Below are positions 20,219 through 29,508 of a stretch of 64,000 nt of DNA, one piece after another. Location: IMG/VR virus record IMGVR_UViG_3300017971_000190, positions 157,680 through 221,679 of that record; one strand, 5' to 3'. The notes beneath the pieces were generated by a model. That model was given only the letters and a program-made list of their open reading frames with translations, was not told where the DNA came from and did not search any database. Each line of letters opens with the position of its first letter. Positions within the stretch are counted from its first letter, which is position 1. Both the position numbers and the translations under genes were made by a program.

Positions 20219-20599
20219 CTAGTCAAAAGAAAGAGTAATTGGTTCTACAAGCTCTCCATCAGCTATATAAGCTCTAAATACAATAGGAGCTTCACCGAAT
20301 TCGTCTAAAATAGAAAGTGGCCTACCTTCAGGAAACTTCAAAAAACCTTTAATGTTGAAACCAGATTCAGGTCCCCCATAGTCACTTTCCAATTCGGTCC
20401 CTATGAGAGTAACAGGAGTACCGTATTGAGTTTGCAGCACTCTAATAATAAGCTGTTCAAATTCTTTCCAGTTGGCTTGAGGACTGTCTTCAAACTTGTC
20501 CACTAATTCTTCTTCAGTGGGGCCTTCTTCTGGAGGATCTTGTGCTATTTTAATTCTCTTGTAACGTAGAGAACCGATAGCTATATTTTCTTTTGACAT
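20219..20599 (-). CDS. hypothetical head-module protein
   Basis: 126 aa directly downstream of the portal; RYKRIKIA motif. Confidence 0.65.
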   Translation of the reverse strand: MSKENIAIGSLRYKRIKIAQDPPEEGPTEEELVDKFEDSPQANWKEFEQLIIRVLQTQYGTPVTLIGTELESDYGGPESGFNIKGFLKFPEGRPLSILDEFGEAPIVFRAYIADGELVEPITLSFD

Positions 20600-20605
20600 G
20601 TGTTG

Positions 20606-22924
20606 TTAACCTAATTCATCTCTACGGACATACCCCGTAAGAGTTTTATTATGAGGAAGACTTCTCTCTCTATTAGAGAGAATGTTCCTAAATTGATCAA
20701 CAGAAAGTGGCCTTATTTCATTTTCATTGTGACCACTTAATCTAGCCAGGGCGACTAATTCATTAGCAATCGCTTTTGTCATTCTACCATTCATGCGGGT
20801 AGTAATATATTTACTGAGTAGACTATAGATTTCAGAACTGAGTTCAACAGGAGGAATATAACCTAATCGTATAGCTATATAAAGTATGGATTGCGCTTGA
20901 ATATCATTAAATCCTTCTTTGCGTAAGCCTTTATAAAGAGTAGAAGCTAATTTAATTCTTTCATCTTCGTGAGGATCTGTTTGAGCCACCTTGTAAAGTA
21001 CTTGTGCAATACGTCTTTTTGGTAAAGAGAAAAATGTTTCATTTTCATCCCAAAGCGGAAGTTCACTCAATAAACCAATAATATCTTTTCCAAGTATTCG
21101 ATAGTTAGATTTCTTAACACGATGAGGAGCAGCGTAAACTTCTTTGGTCGGTTTTTTGGGTTCAACTGGAAAACGAGCATGGTCTAAAGCAGCTCCAGCA
21201 CCTTCTTCACCAGCAGGCGCTTCGGCAGGGGGGGCAGGTTCTTCACCGAAACCACCCCCGGGTTCTTCACCGAAACCACCACCAGGTTCTTCTCCAAAAT
21301 CAAATCCTTCTTCCTCTCCAAAACCACCACCACCTAAACCACCTTCTTCTCCTTCACCCCCAACGTAAGTATCGTTTTCATCAAAACCCATTTTAGTACG
21401 AAGTTCAGCAACAGCTCGTTTATACTCGTACATTTTCTTACGAGTTTCTAAATCGCTTTTTGAATTTTCTAGTTCTTCATCAATATCTAAACCGCCTGCT
21501 TGGTAGAAGGTACGCATATTTAAAATGCCACCCTCTTCTTTAAGAGTGCGAAGAAGCTCCATATAAGCTTCATCACGAGTAGGAGTAAGAGGTCTACTCC
21601 ACTCGATTTTGGGAATGATTAAATCACTAACAGCTTTATTTTTGGGTCTAGCGATTCTGTAACGGTGATTTATTTCTGCCGTTTTCCTTTTAACAAAATC
21701 TTCTTGTTCTGACAACTGACGACACATTTTATCAATTATAATTTTTTTGGTAAAATAAGAACGAAGGTATTGTAGTTTTTCAATAAAGACCGTTCTAATG
21801 GTCTCCATACTATTCCAATTACTTTCACCAGTAACCAGTGTTTCACTAACTCCTAAAGCCCTCATTTTTCCTTCAACAAGGAAAGGCCATTCGTCAGAGA
21901 ATTTCCAGTAATCAGCAGAACCACCACCAACACTGGTAACTTCAACATCTTTTTTGGTTACAACTTTAGCTCCAACTGGATCTTCTTCACTAGCGAAGAA
22001 CAGATCTAACAATTCTTGAAGCTCTTCAGGAGTAGCTCCTTCAGGACCAGTAATATGAAGGAGGGGGCCAGCTCTACGACGAGCACCAGCAATAGATGCG
22101 TTATAAATAGCACTTTCATAAACCTTAAAAATGAGAACTCTGTTAAGATAACTACTGCCTTTACAATCCCAAGAGAAAGCACGACGGGGAAGGAAAATAG
22201 TATTTTCAGGAGACAGCGGAATCTGCTTTCCAGCTGCCATTAATTTAACAATTACTGGATCTATTTGAAGACGATCTTCCACCACTCGGGGGTCTTTAGA
22301 CGTTGCCCAAGATCTTTGTTCAGCTGTTGGTTGAATATCGATAATGGCGTTCCCACCAGGAGTTTCAGGATACTGAATAGAAAGGAAATTCAAATTGTGC
22401 GCAATTACTCCATCCCAATAATTAAGGCTATCGTTATAAAGCAGGTGAGCTACAAATTTACCAAAAGTAAGGAAGTCATGTAACAACTCTGGCATAAGAG
22501 GAATCATGCCACTAGAGTAAAGAGCATCTTCAAAAAATTGTTTTTGATAGGAATCAACTACACCGCTAACAATGATATCTTCAGAAAAAGCAAGATCTTT
22601 CCAGTATTCTAAAGTAGGACTAACAATTGGATCAAATGTAGCAATTTCCTCGTACATTTTATTCTGACTGGCGCTATCACCAGGAAGAAATTGCTCTCCT
22701 AAAGTAGGAGCTTCAGCGCGATCTGTAACAGGGCTATATTCTTGATTTAAATTACCAGCAGCTGGGGTTAAAGAATTACCATAACCAAAACCGCCAACAC
22801 CATAGCCTCTTCGTTGTATAGCTCCCAAACGCTTTTTACGTTGTGTGCTACTAGCTCCGATAGCTCTTCTAGAAGAGCCTCTTCGGAGTCTCCCTTTTGT
22901 AAGGTCATAACGGATGTTAAACAT
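20606..22924 (-). CDS. portal protein
   Basis: 772 aa; next to TerL and upstream of the protease; layout (helical body, Gly/Glu low-complexity tail) resembles large-phage portals. Confidence 0.7.
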   Translation of the reverse strand: MFNIRYDLTKGRLRRGSSRRAIGASSTQRKKRLGAIQRRGYGVGGFGYGNSLTPAAGNLNQEYSPVTDRAEAPTLGEQFLPGDSASQNKMYEEIATFDPIVSPTLEYWKDLAFSEDIIVSGVVDSYQKQFFEDALYSSGMIPLMPELLHDFLTFGKFVAHLLYNDSLNYWDGVIAHNLNFLSIQYPETPGGNAIIDIQPTAEQRSWATSKDPRVVEDRLQIDPVIVKLMAAGKQIPLSPENTIFLPRRAFSWDCKGSSYLNRVLIFKVYESAIYNASIAGARRRAGPLLHITGPEGATPEELQELLDLFFASEEDPVGAKVVTKKDVEVTSVGGGSADYWKFSDEWPFLVEGKMRALGVSETLVTGESNWNSMETIRTVFIEKLQYLRSYFTKKIIIDKMCRQLSEQEDFVKRKTAEINHRYRIARPKNKAVSDLIIPKIEWSRPLTPTRDEAYMELLRTLKEEGGILNMRTFYQAGGLDIDEELENSKSDLETRKKMYEYKRAVAELRTKMGFDENDTYVGGEGEEGGLGGGGFGEEEGFDFGEEPGGGFGEEPGGGFGEEPAPPAEAPAGEEGAGAALDHARFPVEPKKPTKEVYAAPHRVKKSNYRILGKDIIGLLSELPLWDENETFFSLPKRRIAQVLYKVAQTDPHEDERIKLASTLYKGLRKEGFNDIQAQSILYIAIRLGYIPPVELSSEIYSLLSKYITTRMNGRMTKAIANELVALARLSGHNENEIRPLSVDQFRNILSNRERSLPHNKTLTGYVRRDELG
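21236..21300 (-). repeat. 24-nt coding repeat (GEEPGGGF) in the portal tail
   Basis: FGEEPGGGFGEEPGGGFGEEP. Confidence 0.85.
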
Positions 22925-22976
22925 TCAAATCACCTAAATACTGGTGCACCAATAGTTTAACAAAGTTAGAAAGAGA

Positions 22977-23062
22977 TTCACTGCTCACAAGAAGCCCTAG
23001 AAGTTCATATTTCAAAATTTTTCTATGGAGGGCTTTTGTCCCTCCTGCTTGTAAGCAGTGAA
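22977..23062 (-). ncRNA. candidate structured RNA element upstream of the portal gene
   Basis: Outer 15-bp helix with a G-U pair only on the minus strand, plus two mutually exclusive inner helices. Confidence 0.4.
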
Positions 23063-23067
23063 CCAAA

Positions 23068-23451
23068 CTAATCTTTCCATAACACAGCACGACAAGTTGA
23101 GCAGTACATTACTTCTTCCCCTTTTCTAATTTTAGGGTAACTAACGTTTTTATCGGTTTTGCACTTGGGGCAAATGCCTTTATCTCGCATTTCTTTGATG
23201 GCTTCAAAAGCACTTGCTCCACTTTTAGGAGAAGCAGCTGTTACGATAGAAGCTTTTCGAAGTTTAGGAATTTCAATTATTTTAGCAATTCGTTTACTTA
23301 CGATTATGAAAGCAGTTTGACGGTCTTTTTCATTTTTTAGATTTTCAAATCCAGCTACCTTTAAACTACCTACTATTTTTTCTTTTGCACTGTGTGTAAG
23401 TTGAACATCAGCCCGATCTGCAGCCAGTGCAACAAATTCGTAAAGGGTCAT
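23068..23451 (-). CDS. zinc-ribbon protein between TerL and portal
   Basis: CPKC...CSTC. Confidence 0.7.
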   Translation of the reverse strand: MTLYEFVALAADRADVQLTHSAKEKIVGSLKVAGFENLKNEKDRQTAFIIVSKRIAKIIEIPKLRKASIVTAASPKSGASAFEAIKEMRDKGICPKCKTDKNVSYPKIRKGEEVMYCSTCRAVLWKD

Positions 23452-23453
23452 TG

Positions 23454-25784
23454 TTAAAACCTTCCTCTGTTACCACCATTGTGGGATTGTCTTCTGGTTT
23501 GTTGTCGTCCTTGAGGGGAACGTCCTCTGCCTGATCGTCTAGCTCTACCACCACCGTAAATATATTTAGGAATATTAAACATTCCTGCAATTGGTTTATT
23601 GGCTCTTTTAAACCCCATTGCTTCCATACCAGCTCTACGGTATTTGAAACGGCTTTTCTTTTCAAATTCCTTTTTGTAAGATTTTATAAATCTGTGGGCT
23701 AGAACTGTAGTTCTAAAAAGGTCATCATTGCCAATATCGGGTTTAAATAATTTACGATTAAAAACATTAACAGTAAGTATTTGAGCTAGACAGTGAGAAC
23801 GAGGGTACATAGATCTCATCGCCAAATCTCTAGTTTTTAAAATAGAATCAATGTCGCTATCTTGAGTATTAAATCGTATCTTATTTCCGCCTAGGTCATG
23901 ACGGAAATTTTTGAAATCGTTAAAAGTCAAGCTGTAACGTTCGCTAATTACGTTGTGTTTAGTTCTTAAATCATAAAAAGCATGAGCACTTTGCCAACGG
24001 TCATACGCTACATAGAGTACATTGAATGAGTTAACAATAGGAACAATTACATTATCGTATGCCCAAGCTAAATCTACACTCATACCGTTTCTAGGAGCTA
24101 CCTCCATTAACTCTTCAATGTACGCACCATCCAACTCGGGAAGGTAACGAGCAAAAGTAAGAGCAAATGAATTCTTCTTTTCTCCGTTGTCAACAGCTAA
24201 AGCATAAGCATAGAGGTTGTTCTTTTTAGGAATTTTTACTTCTGGTTGAAGTGTTTGTAATCCTAAGTCGCTTTCATTTTCTTTTATGACGTAAGTAAAA
24301 GCTGGCTCTGGTTCGGTCATCTCATAAACTAAATCTTCTAGTAGAGTTTGATCTTTAAAAAACGGGTTACTTGCCTTTGGAGGAATAGCATAGAAATCAC
24401 GGAGAATATCTTCTTCCGGTTCTCCTGCAAATTCGTCTCTGATTGCTTCTTCTGTTTGTTTAGGGTTAACTTCCCAGGTAGCAAAATGCGTATAGTAAAT
24501 TCGAGGATTTTTAGCAGCCACTTCAGCCCGTTGCATGATCGGGTCTCCGATAGAAGACGGGCTACTAATGTTTGCCATTATTGCGTCTATGGCATTATAA
24601 TCTCCATTTTTACGTCTAATATCTGCTGCTGCACGAAGTGTTCTTAAATTATTTGTAAGAGAACGGAAAATAGCCGAACCATCTCGTACTCTTCTTTTTC
24701 TACCTTGATCATCATAATTAAACCATCCAAGCTCATCTATGATATTTATGAGACCTGTTTTTCCGCGAAGATTGGAACTGTTAGCTGCTGCCATAGAAAG
24801 AGCAAGACGTTTGCTAGGAAAGGTAAGAAATGTTTGCCCACTTTGAAAAAGATCTAAACCTAAACGTCTACCCTCATCTTTAAGGTAAGAGGCCACACTT
24901 TTAAACCAAGGACTACTGCGCAAAGCATCGCAAAACGGTACCCAAGAAAATTCGCTGCTCTGTTTGAGTGTAGGTGATACAAATGTACCACTCACAATTT
25001 TATTAGCAGGCTCATCAAAATAAGCCATTGGATTTTCAAGGGCAAGATAACGATGAATATGGTATGTAGCTACAAATGTAGAAGCACTGTGACTTTTACC
25101 GCTCCGCTGTCCCCAAATAGAGCACAGTTCATTAGGAGGTACAGGTCTTAATCTGGAAAGTGCATAATCTCCGTAATCATTATATTTGTGGAATTTTGGA
25201 TCCACAATCCATTCCTGCAACATCTCTGTTCTGTTACGTTTGCAGACAGGACAAACACCATGTTCTAAAAGAACAAAACGCTCCATAAGCTCGCCATAAT
25301 TAGCATCTACTGGAACGTCAAAAATATAATCTAAATCTGAACAACTATAACAAGCATCTCTATTAAAATGAACAACTACTTGAAATTGTTTTGCATAAGG
25401 TTTAGTAGAACTGTTTAAAAAAGAGGGACTAATAATCCAATCTATAATGTTAGACGCTTCTGGGAATTTTTGGTCTGCAAAAACTCCCATATCAAAATTA
25501 GAGTCAATAGCTTTCTCAATTAAATCTTCCGGATTAGGTAATTTGTCAGGATCTGAAGGAAGGGAGTCAAAATTAACTACATCGTAAACAACATTGAAAA
25601 AGTCAATTTCTTCTATTGTAGGAGTAGGTAACTCGGTAGTAATTAATTCTGCGACTAATGGTGATTTCTTTTTCTTTTTACGACGTTTTTTCTTTTTTGT
25701 TTTAGTCTTGTCCTTTTTAGATGCACTTTTGGGCATCTCCTGAACAGCATTGATTTTAGGAGAAAGGAAATCTACTTTTTTCAT
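23454..25784 (-). CDS. terL: terminase large subunit
   Basis: Walker A GQRSGKS, Walker B IIDE, coupling motif ISSP, RNase H-like nuclease LAVD. Confidence 0.9.
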   Translation of the reverse strand: MKKVDFLSPKINAVQEMPKSASKKDKTKTKKKKRRKKKKKSPLVAELITTELPTPTIEEIDFFNVVYDVVNFDSLPSDPDKLPNPEDLIEKAIDSNFDMGVFADQKFPEASNIIDWIISPSFLNSSTKPYAKQFQVVVHFNRDACYSCSDLDYIFDVPVDANYGELMERFVLLEHGVCPVCKRNRTEMLQEWIVDPKFHKYNDYGDYALSRLRPVPPNELCSIWGQRSGKSHSASTFVATYHIHRYLALENPMAYFDEPANKIVSGTFVSPTLKQSSEFSWVPFCDALRSSPWFKSVASYLKDEGRRLGLDLFQSGQTFLTFPSKRLALSMAAANSSNLRGKTGLINIIDELGWFNYDDQGRKRRVRDGSAIFRSLTNNLRTLRAAADIRRKNGDYNAIDAIMANISSPSSIGDPIMQRAEVAAKNPRIYYTHFATWEVNPKQTEEAIRDEFAGEPEEDILRDFYAIPPKASNPFFKDQTLLEDLVYEMTEPEPAFTYVIKENESDLGLQTLQPEVKIPKKNNLYAYALAVDNGEKKNSFALTFARYLPELDGAYIEELMEVAPRNGMSVDLAWAYDNVIVPIVNSFNVLYVAYDRWQSAHAFYDLRTKHNVISERYSLTFNDFKNFRHDLGGNKIRFNTQDSDIDSILKTRDLAMRSMYPRSHCLAQILTVNVFNRKLFKPDIGNDDLFRTTVLAHRFIKSYKKEFEKKSRFKYRRAGMEAMGFKRANKPIAGMFNIPKYIYGGGRARRSGRGRSPQGRQQTRRQSHNGGNRGRF

Positions 25785-25788
25785 ACTC

Positions 25789-25986
25789 TTAAATATCTTC
25801 TAAGTCTTCAAGATTTATTTCTTCTTCTTCGTCTTCAACCAACTCTTCTTCATTTGGACTGTCTGCTGTCAACCTTTTCAGTTCTTTAGCCTCTTCTTTT
25901 AATTTAATTCTTATTTGTTTAAGTTCTCTGGTATTTAATGCTTTGTGCAAATCGGTTATAGGAAGATTCATCTGTTGCCCCCTCAT
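25789..25986 (-). CDS. small protein with acidic C-terminus
   Basis: 65 aa in the packed array. Confidence 0.6.
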   Translation of the reverse strand: MRGQQMNLPITDLHKALNTRELKQIRIKLKEEAKELKRLTADSPNEEELVEDEEEEINLEDLEDI

Positions 25987-26004
25987 GCGCTACGAACCAG
26001 TTCC

Positions 26005-26523
26005 TCATCTACCTCTCTTACCTGCTTGCTGTAGAATAGCATCGTAGACTTTATCTAATTTATCTACAGCAGTGATAAGTAAATCACTCTCTTTTTCAAA
26101 TAATTCTGCCATATTAAATATAGTTTTCTTTAACGACTGTGAAAAATACCAAACAGGAATACCATCTCCATCTTTAATATCGTGAAGTTTATCTTGAGTT
26201 TTTGCCAACTCTAAAAGTTGATTAAGTGTTAGTATTTGTTCTGAGGAGCTTTTTTGAAGTTCTCTTATCTTGCGATCCATGTCCGCCATACCAGCATCAA
26301 ATTCAGCACGAAGAAGAATTCTATTTTCACCTTTATCATCTACCCAATGAATAGGTTTTTCATTTTTGTTTCTTCCACGTTCGCTTAACCAAGTAACAAA
26401 TTTAAGAAGGCCAAGCACAAAACCAGCAATGAAGGTGGCAATACCAATTATTGCTCCCCAGTTCATCGTTGGATTTTTTGCAGTTTCTGCTGCTAAAGCA
26501 GGTAGTAAAAGTAACAGTAACAT
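26005..26523 (-). CDS. membrane protein (possible holin/antiholin-like)
   Basis: N-terminal hydrophobic signal plus a TM helix (WGAIIGIATFIAGFVLGLL), then a coiled coil; two genes from the SLT lysin. Confidence 0.5.
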   Translation of the reverse strand: MLLLLLLPALAAETAKNPTMNWGAIIGIATFIAGFVLGLLKFVTWLSERGRNKNEKPIHWVDDKGENRILLRAEFDAGMADMDRKIRELQKSSSEQILTLNQLLELAKTQDKLHDIKDGDGIPVWYFSQSLKKTIFNMAELFEKESDLLITAVDKLDKVYDAILQQAGKRGR

Positions 26524-26555
26524 AATCCTAATCCTTCCTACCGCGTGTGTTACCT

Positions 26556-27242
26556 TTACTCCTCTTCCAACGTCTCCTCTGTATCCTCAGGCTCAAACTC
26601 ACGGTTTGTAAGCAGCTCAACAAAAATGGTAAGGTGTCTTTCTGCCTCCTCATTAACAACTGGACTGTTTACCATAAAACCAGCAACAGCTTTCATAAAA
26701 TCAATATCGATTTCAGATTGAACTTCCTCTGTTGCACCTTCTTCAAGCTCTTCACTATAGCTCAAATCTACAAGAATTTGTTTTTGAAGTTTTCCAATAG
26801 CGTAAGCAACCGAGGGGCACTCAGTTTCAACTACTTCTTCATTTCGGAGAACATCAAAAGTGGTACCAGAATCAGGGCTTGAGATGGAGTAGGTATTTTC
26901 TCCGTAAGTAGCTGAAAAAGGGACTTTAAGAGGTTTGACTTCATTTTCAGCTGTGCGAAATTTGTCCCCAACATTTTTAAGCGTGAGAGTTAAAAAAGAA
27001 CTGTTTCTTTTCACAGAAACATTTTCTGTAGATCCCAAAACCTGTTTAGCACACAGTGTCAACAGTTTCCCAACTCTGACAGGATCTTTAGAACAATAAA
27101 TAGTAAGACGAGATTTATTCTTAGAAAGGGACGACGCAACTGTTACTTCGCGGAGATCACTTTTCTTAACAACCAAAAACAACCTATCTTTAATGCTGTG
27201 AAGTATTTTTTCCATAACGAACCAATCTAGGGTAGAGCACAC
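26556..27242 (-). CDS. hypothetical protein
   Basis: 228 aa; start may instead be ATG 27215. Confidence 0.65.
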   Translation of the reverse strand: MCSTLDWFVMEKILHSIKDRLFLVVKKSDLREVTVASSLSKNKSRLTIYCSKDPVRVGKLLTLCAKQVLGSTENVSVKRNSSFLTLTLKNVGDKFRTAENEVKPLKVPFSATYGENTYSISSPDSGTTFDVLRNEEVVETECPSVAYAIGKLQKQILVDLSYSEELEEGATEEVQSEIDIDFMKAVAGFMVNSPVVNEEAERHLTIFVELLTNREFEPEDTEETLEEE

Positions 27243-27247
27243 AACTA

Positions 27248-27273
27248 GGATTTACACTCTAAAGTGCAAATCC
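27248..27273 (-). other. 10-bp RNA hairpin in an intergenic region
   Basis: ggatttgcac/gtgtaaatcc; G-U wobble on minus strand, mismatch on plus strand. Confidence 0.45.
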
Positions 27274-27284
27274 CCATCCTCTCT

Positions 27285-27298
27285 TATAGAATAACTTA
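27285..27298 (-). promoter_or_regulatory. candidate late-promoter motif TAAGTTAYTYTWTA (copy 1)
   Basis: TAAGTTATTCTATA; matches copies at 34634 and 46345. Confidence 0.35.
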
Positions 27299-27304
27299 AA
27301 AGTG

Positions 27305-28336
27305 CTACTTTTTCGTTAAAAGTAGCTTTTCGGTGGGTTTCTTAGTTTTAGAGGGTGGGTAAAATTTGGTTCGAATAGATTTTATACGAAAGCATCTTCT
27401 ACAACTACGTTTACTACGAATCTTGTTTCTAGCTCCATAGTAAAAACAGCTGAGTTTTGTCCAGTAAGCTGCAATAGCAAAACACTTTCGTTTACCCCTT
27501 TTACAACCTTTGTATTCTGCGTACCAAATAGCTTTACTGGGATAGTGACTGATAAACATGCGGTTACAACGATAAGAACTTCTACAACGATTACGGGTTT
27601 TATAGTATGTACCTTGATTGTATCGATTCATAACACAACGGTTGAGAGGTTGATTGGATTTAAAGTTGGTTTTACAAAAAGATACATGTCTAGCTAATTC
27701 TTTTGCACTTTTTAAAAAGACCAAATTATAATCGCTGGCATAACGTTTGCACATACGTCGCACATACGCAGCTTTTCCATAAATGCGGTGCTGGGTAATT
27801 CCGCAATCTGCACCACAAGCCCGTCTACCCCCGAAAGGAAGAGGTTGTCCACAACGTGCATCTATGAGTTGAAGAGGACGGAAATCACTTTCCATACGTC
27901 CTACAGCAATAAGGAATGTGGCATCTATACCAGTTGCTTTTTCTGCCTTCAAAGCAGCTGTGACAATTCTTTCACGTTTCTTTTGAGATTTCTTAGCATG
28001 CTTAAAACAATACCTTAAACGACGATTACACTTTTTAAAGAGATATTTGCTTTTCTTTTCCCAACGTTTGCAACGGTGCCGTTGCAGACAGTCTTTACGG
28101 GAAACCATAACTCCCTTGTCTTCAATAGCCTCAACAGATTTAAGCAGCTCTTTTCTTCTCTCTTCTAAATTGACTTTCGATTTCTTAGCCACTATACCAT
28201 CAAATAAATGATCTACTTTTTCTACCACGTCTTTCTCTTTTAAACTATCTCCTGTGGGAGGCTCTGCAACAACAGAAGTAGGGAGTAAAAAACAAAGTAA
28301 AATGAAGAATAACGAAAACGTTGCTGATTTTCTCAT
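27305..28336 (-). CDS. secreted Cys-rich lytic transglycosylase (SLT-like)
   Basis: Signal peptide; AEKATGIDATFLIAVGRMESDF (catalytic Glu) and a GITQ variant of the GLMQ motif. Confidence 0.75.
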   Translation of the reverse strand: MRKSATFSLFFILLCFLLPTSVVAEPPTGDSLKEKDVVEKVDHLFDGIVAKKSKVNLEERRKELLKSVEAIEDKGVMVSRKDCLQRHRCKRWEKKSKYLFKKCNRRLRYCFKHAKKSQKKRERIVTAALKAEKATGIDATFLIAVGRMESDFRPLQLIDARCGQPLPFGGRRACGADCGITQHRIYGKAAYVRRMCKRYASDYNLVFLKSAKELARHVSFCKTNFKSNQPLNRCVMNRYNQGTYYKTRNRCRSSYRCNRMFISHYPSKAIWYAEYKGCKRGKRKCFAIAAYWTKLSCFYYGARNKIRSKRSCRRCFRIKSIRTKFYPPSKTKKPTEKLLLTKK

Positions 28337-28433
28337 GGTAAAGTATTCCTTTCTTCCTTACGGTTACGATTGTTTTCCCTTTACAAAAGGAGGGAGTTAA
28401 ACTGTGAAGGGAAAAGGTGAGAACAGAACGTTC

Positions 28434-29117
28434 TCAGTGAAGCGTTGGGAGGGAGCTGTCTTTTTCTTTTTTTGAGGCGGAAGTTTTCTTTTTCTTACTC
28501 ACCTTTTTGGCGCTGTTTTGTTCAGCAATAACGCTAACCAATTTTGGTTTGAGTCTTTCTTCTCCAGCCTCAATTATGAAAAAGCGAGTGCTAATTTTTT
28601 TCCAAGTGTCTTTAACCAATTTTTGAACTTTGGTATCGTAGCGATTGGTAAGTAACTCTCTTAATTCTTGATCAAAAATACCACCTTCTTCAATTAATAT
28701 TTTAGCCATTTCACTAAGCAACGGTCTTAGAACCTGACCATGCACAGCATTTACTAAATCTTCATTGGGACGCATACGTTCAATACCAGCAGCATATTCA
28801 CGTACTTCTCGAATTAAATCCTTGTAAAAAATAGAAGCTCCAACACGTTGTTCATCACTACCAAATCTGTAATCGTTTCTGGCTTCTTCCAAATCTTTTA
28901 AAAGGGTATCGAGAATAGTTTGAAGGGTCTCTATGCCACTTTTAGGAGGGGTTTTAGGAGCACCACCTAGACAGTTATTGTAGTGGCGTAAAATGGCCCG
29001 GGGTGGTAAATCGTACTTCTCTGCCAACTGCTCAACAGACAGTTTTCCTCTCTCAATAGACTTGTTAAGCCGTTTGAGTTTTTTGAGTTTCAGTTTTTGG
29101 CAGAGTTTGCAGCTCAC
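28434..29117 (-). CDS. CxxC/HTH protein, possible terminase small subunit
   Basis: MSCKLC...SVEQLAEKYDLPPRAILRH HTH; helical C-terminus; upstream of TerL. Confidence 0.45.
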   Translation of the reverse strand: MSCKLCQKLKLKKLKRLNKSIERGKLSVEQLAEKYDLPPRAILRHYNNCLGGAPKTPPKSGIETLQTILDTLLKDLEEARNDYRFGSDEQRVGASIFYKDLIREVREYAAGIERMRPNEDLVNAVHGQVLRPLLSEMAKILIEEGGIFDQELRELLTNRYDTKVQKLVKDTWKKISTRFFIIEAGEERLKPKLVSVIAEQNSAKKVSKKKKTSASKKEKDSSLPTLH

Positions 29118-29126
29118 GAAAATCCC

Positions 29127-29498
29127 TTAGAACATGTGACTAGGCAGCTTCATACCAAGTGCGTGAGCTGCTTTGAAAATGTTGTTACGCATGAGGGAGA
29201 GACCCCACCGATCGCCATTTTCAATTACAGATCTCATGCGATTAAATGCTTCTAGTTCATTTCTGGTTAACTCGAATTTATTGTAGAAGTACTCATAAAC
29301 TTTATTTAACAATTCAACAGACTGTTCATCTTTATCTAAAACATCAACAGTATCCACATACGCAGTTACATCTACAAGGGCTTCGATAGCACTTTCAGCT
29401 CTTCGTTGCCTAGCAGCTAAACGTGAGCGACGAATACGTTTACGTCGCCTCCAGGAAGAATTATTTTTTGCCAATCTTGGTCGTCTGCGTTTTAACAT
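29127..29498 (-). CDS. small protein with leader MLKRRRPRLA
   Basis: Start moved to ATG 29498 (AAGGAG SD). Confidence 0.65.
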   Translation of the reverse strand: MLKRRRPRLAKNNSSWRRRKRIRRSRLAARQRRAESAIEALVDVTAYVDTVDVLDKDEQSVELLNKVYEYFYNKFELTRNELEAFNRMRSVIENGDRWGLSLMRNNIFKAAHALGMKLPSHMF

Positions 29499-29508
29499 GA
29501 GTATCTCC

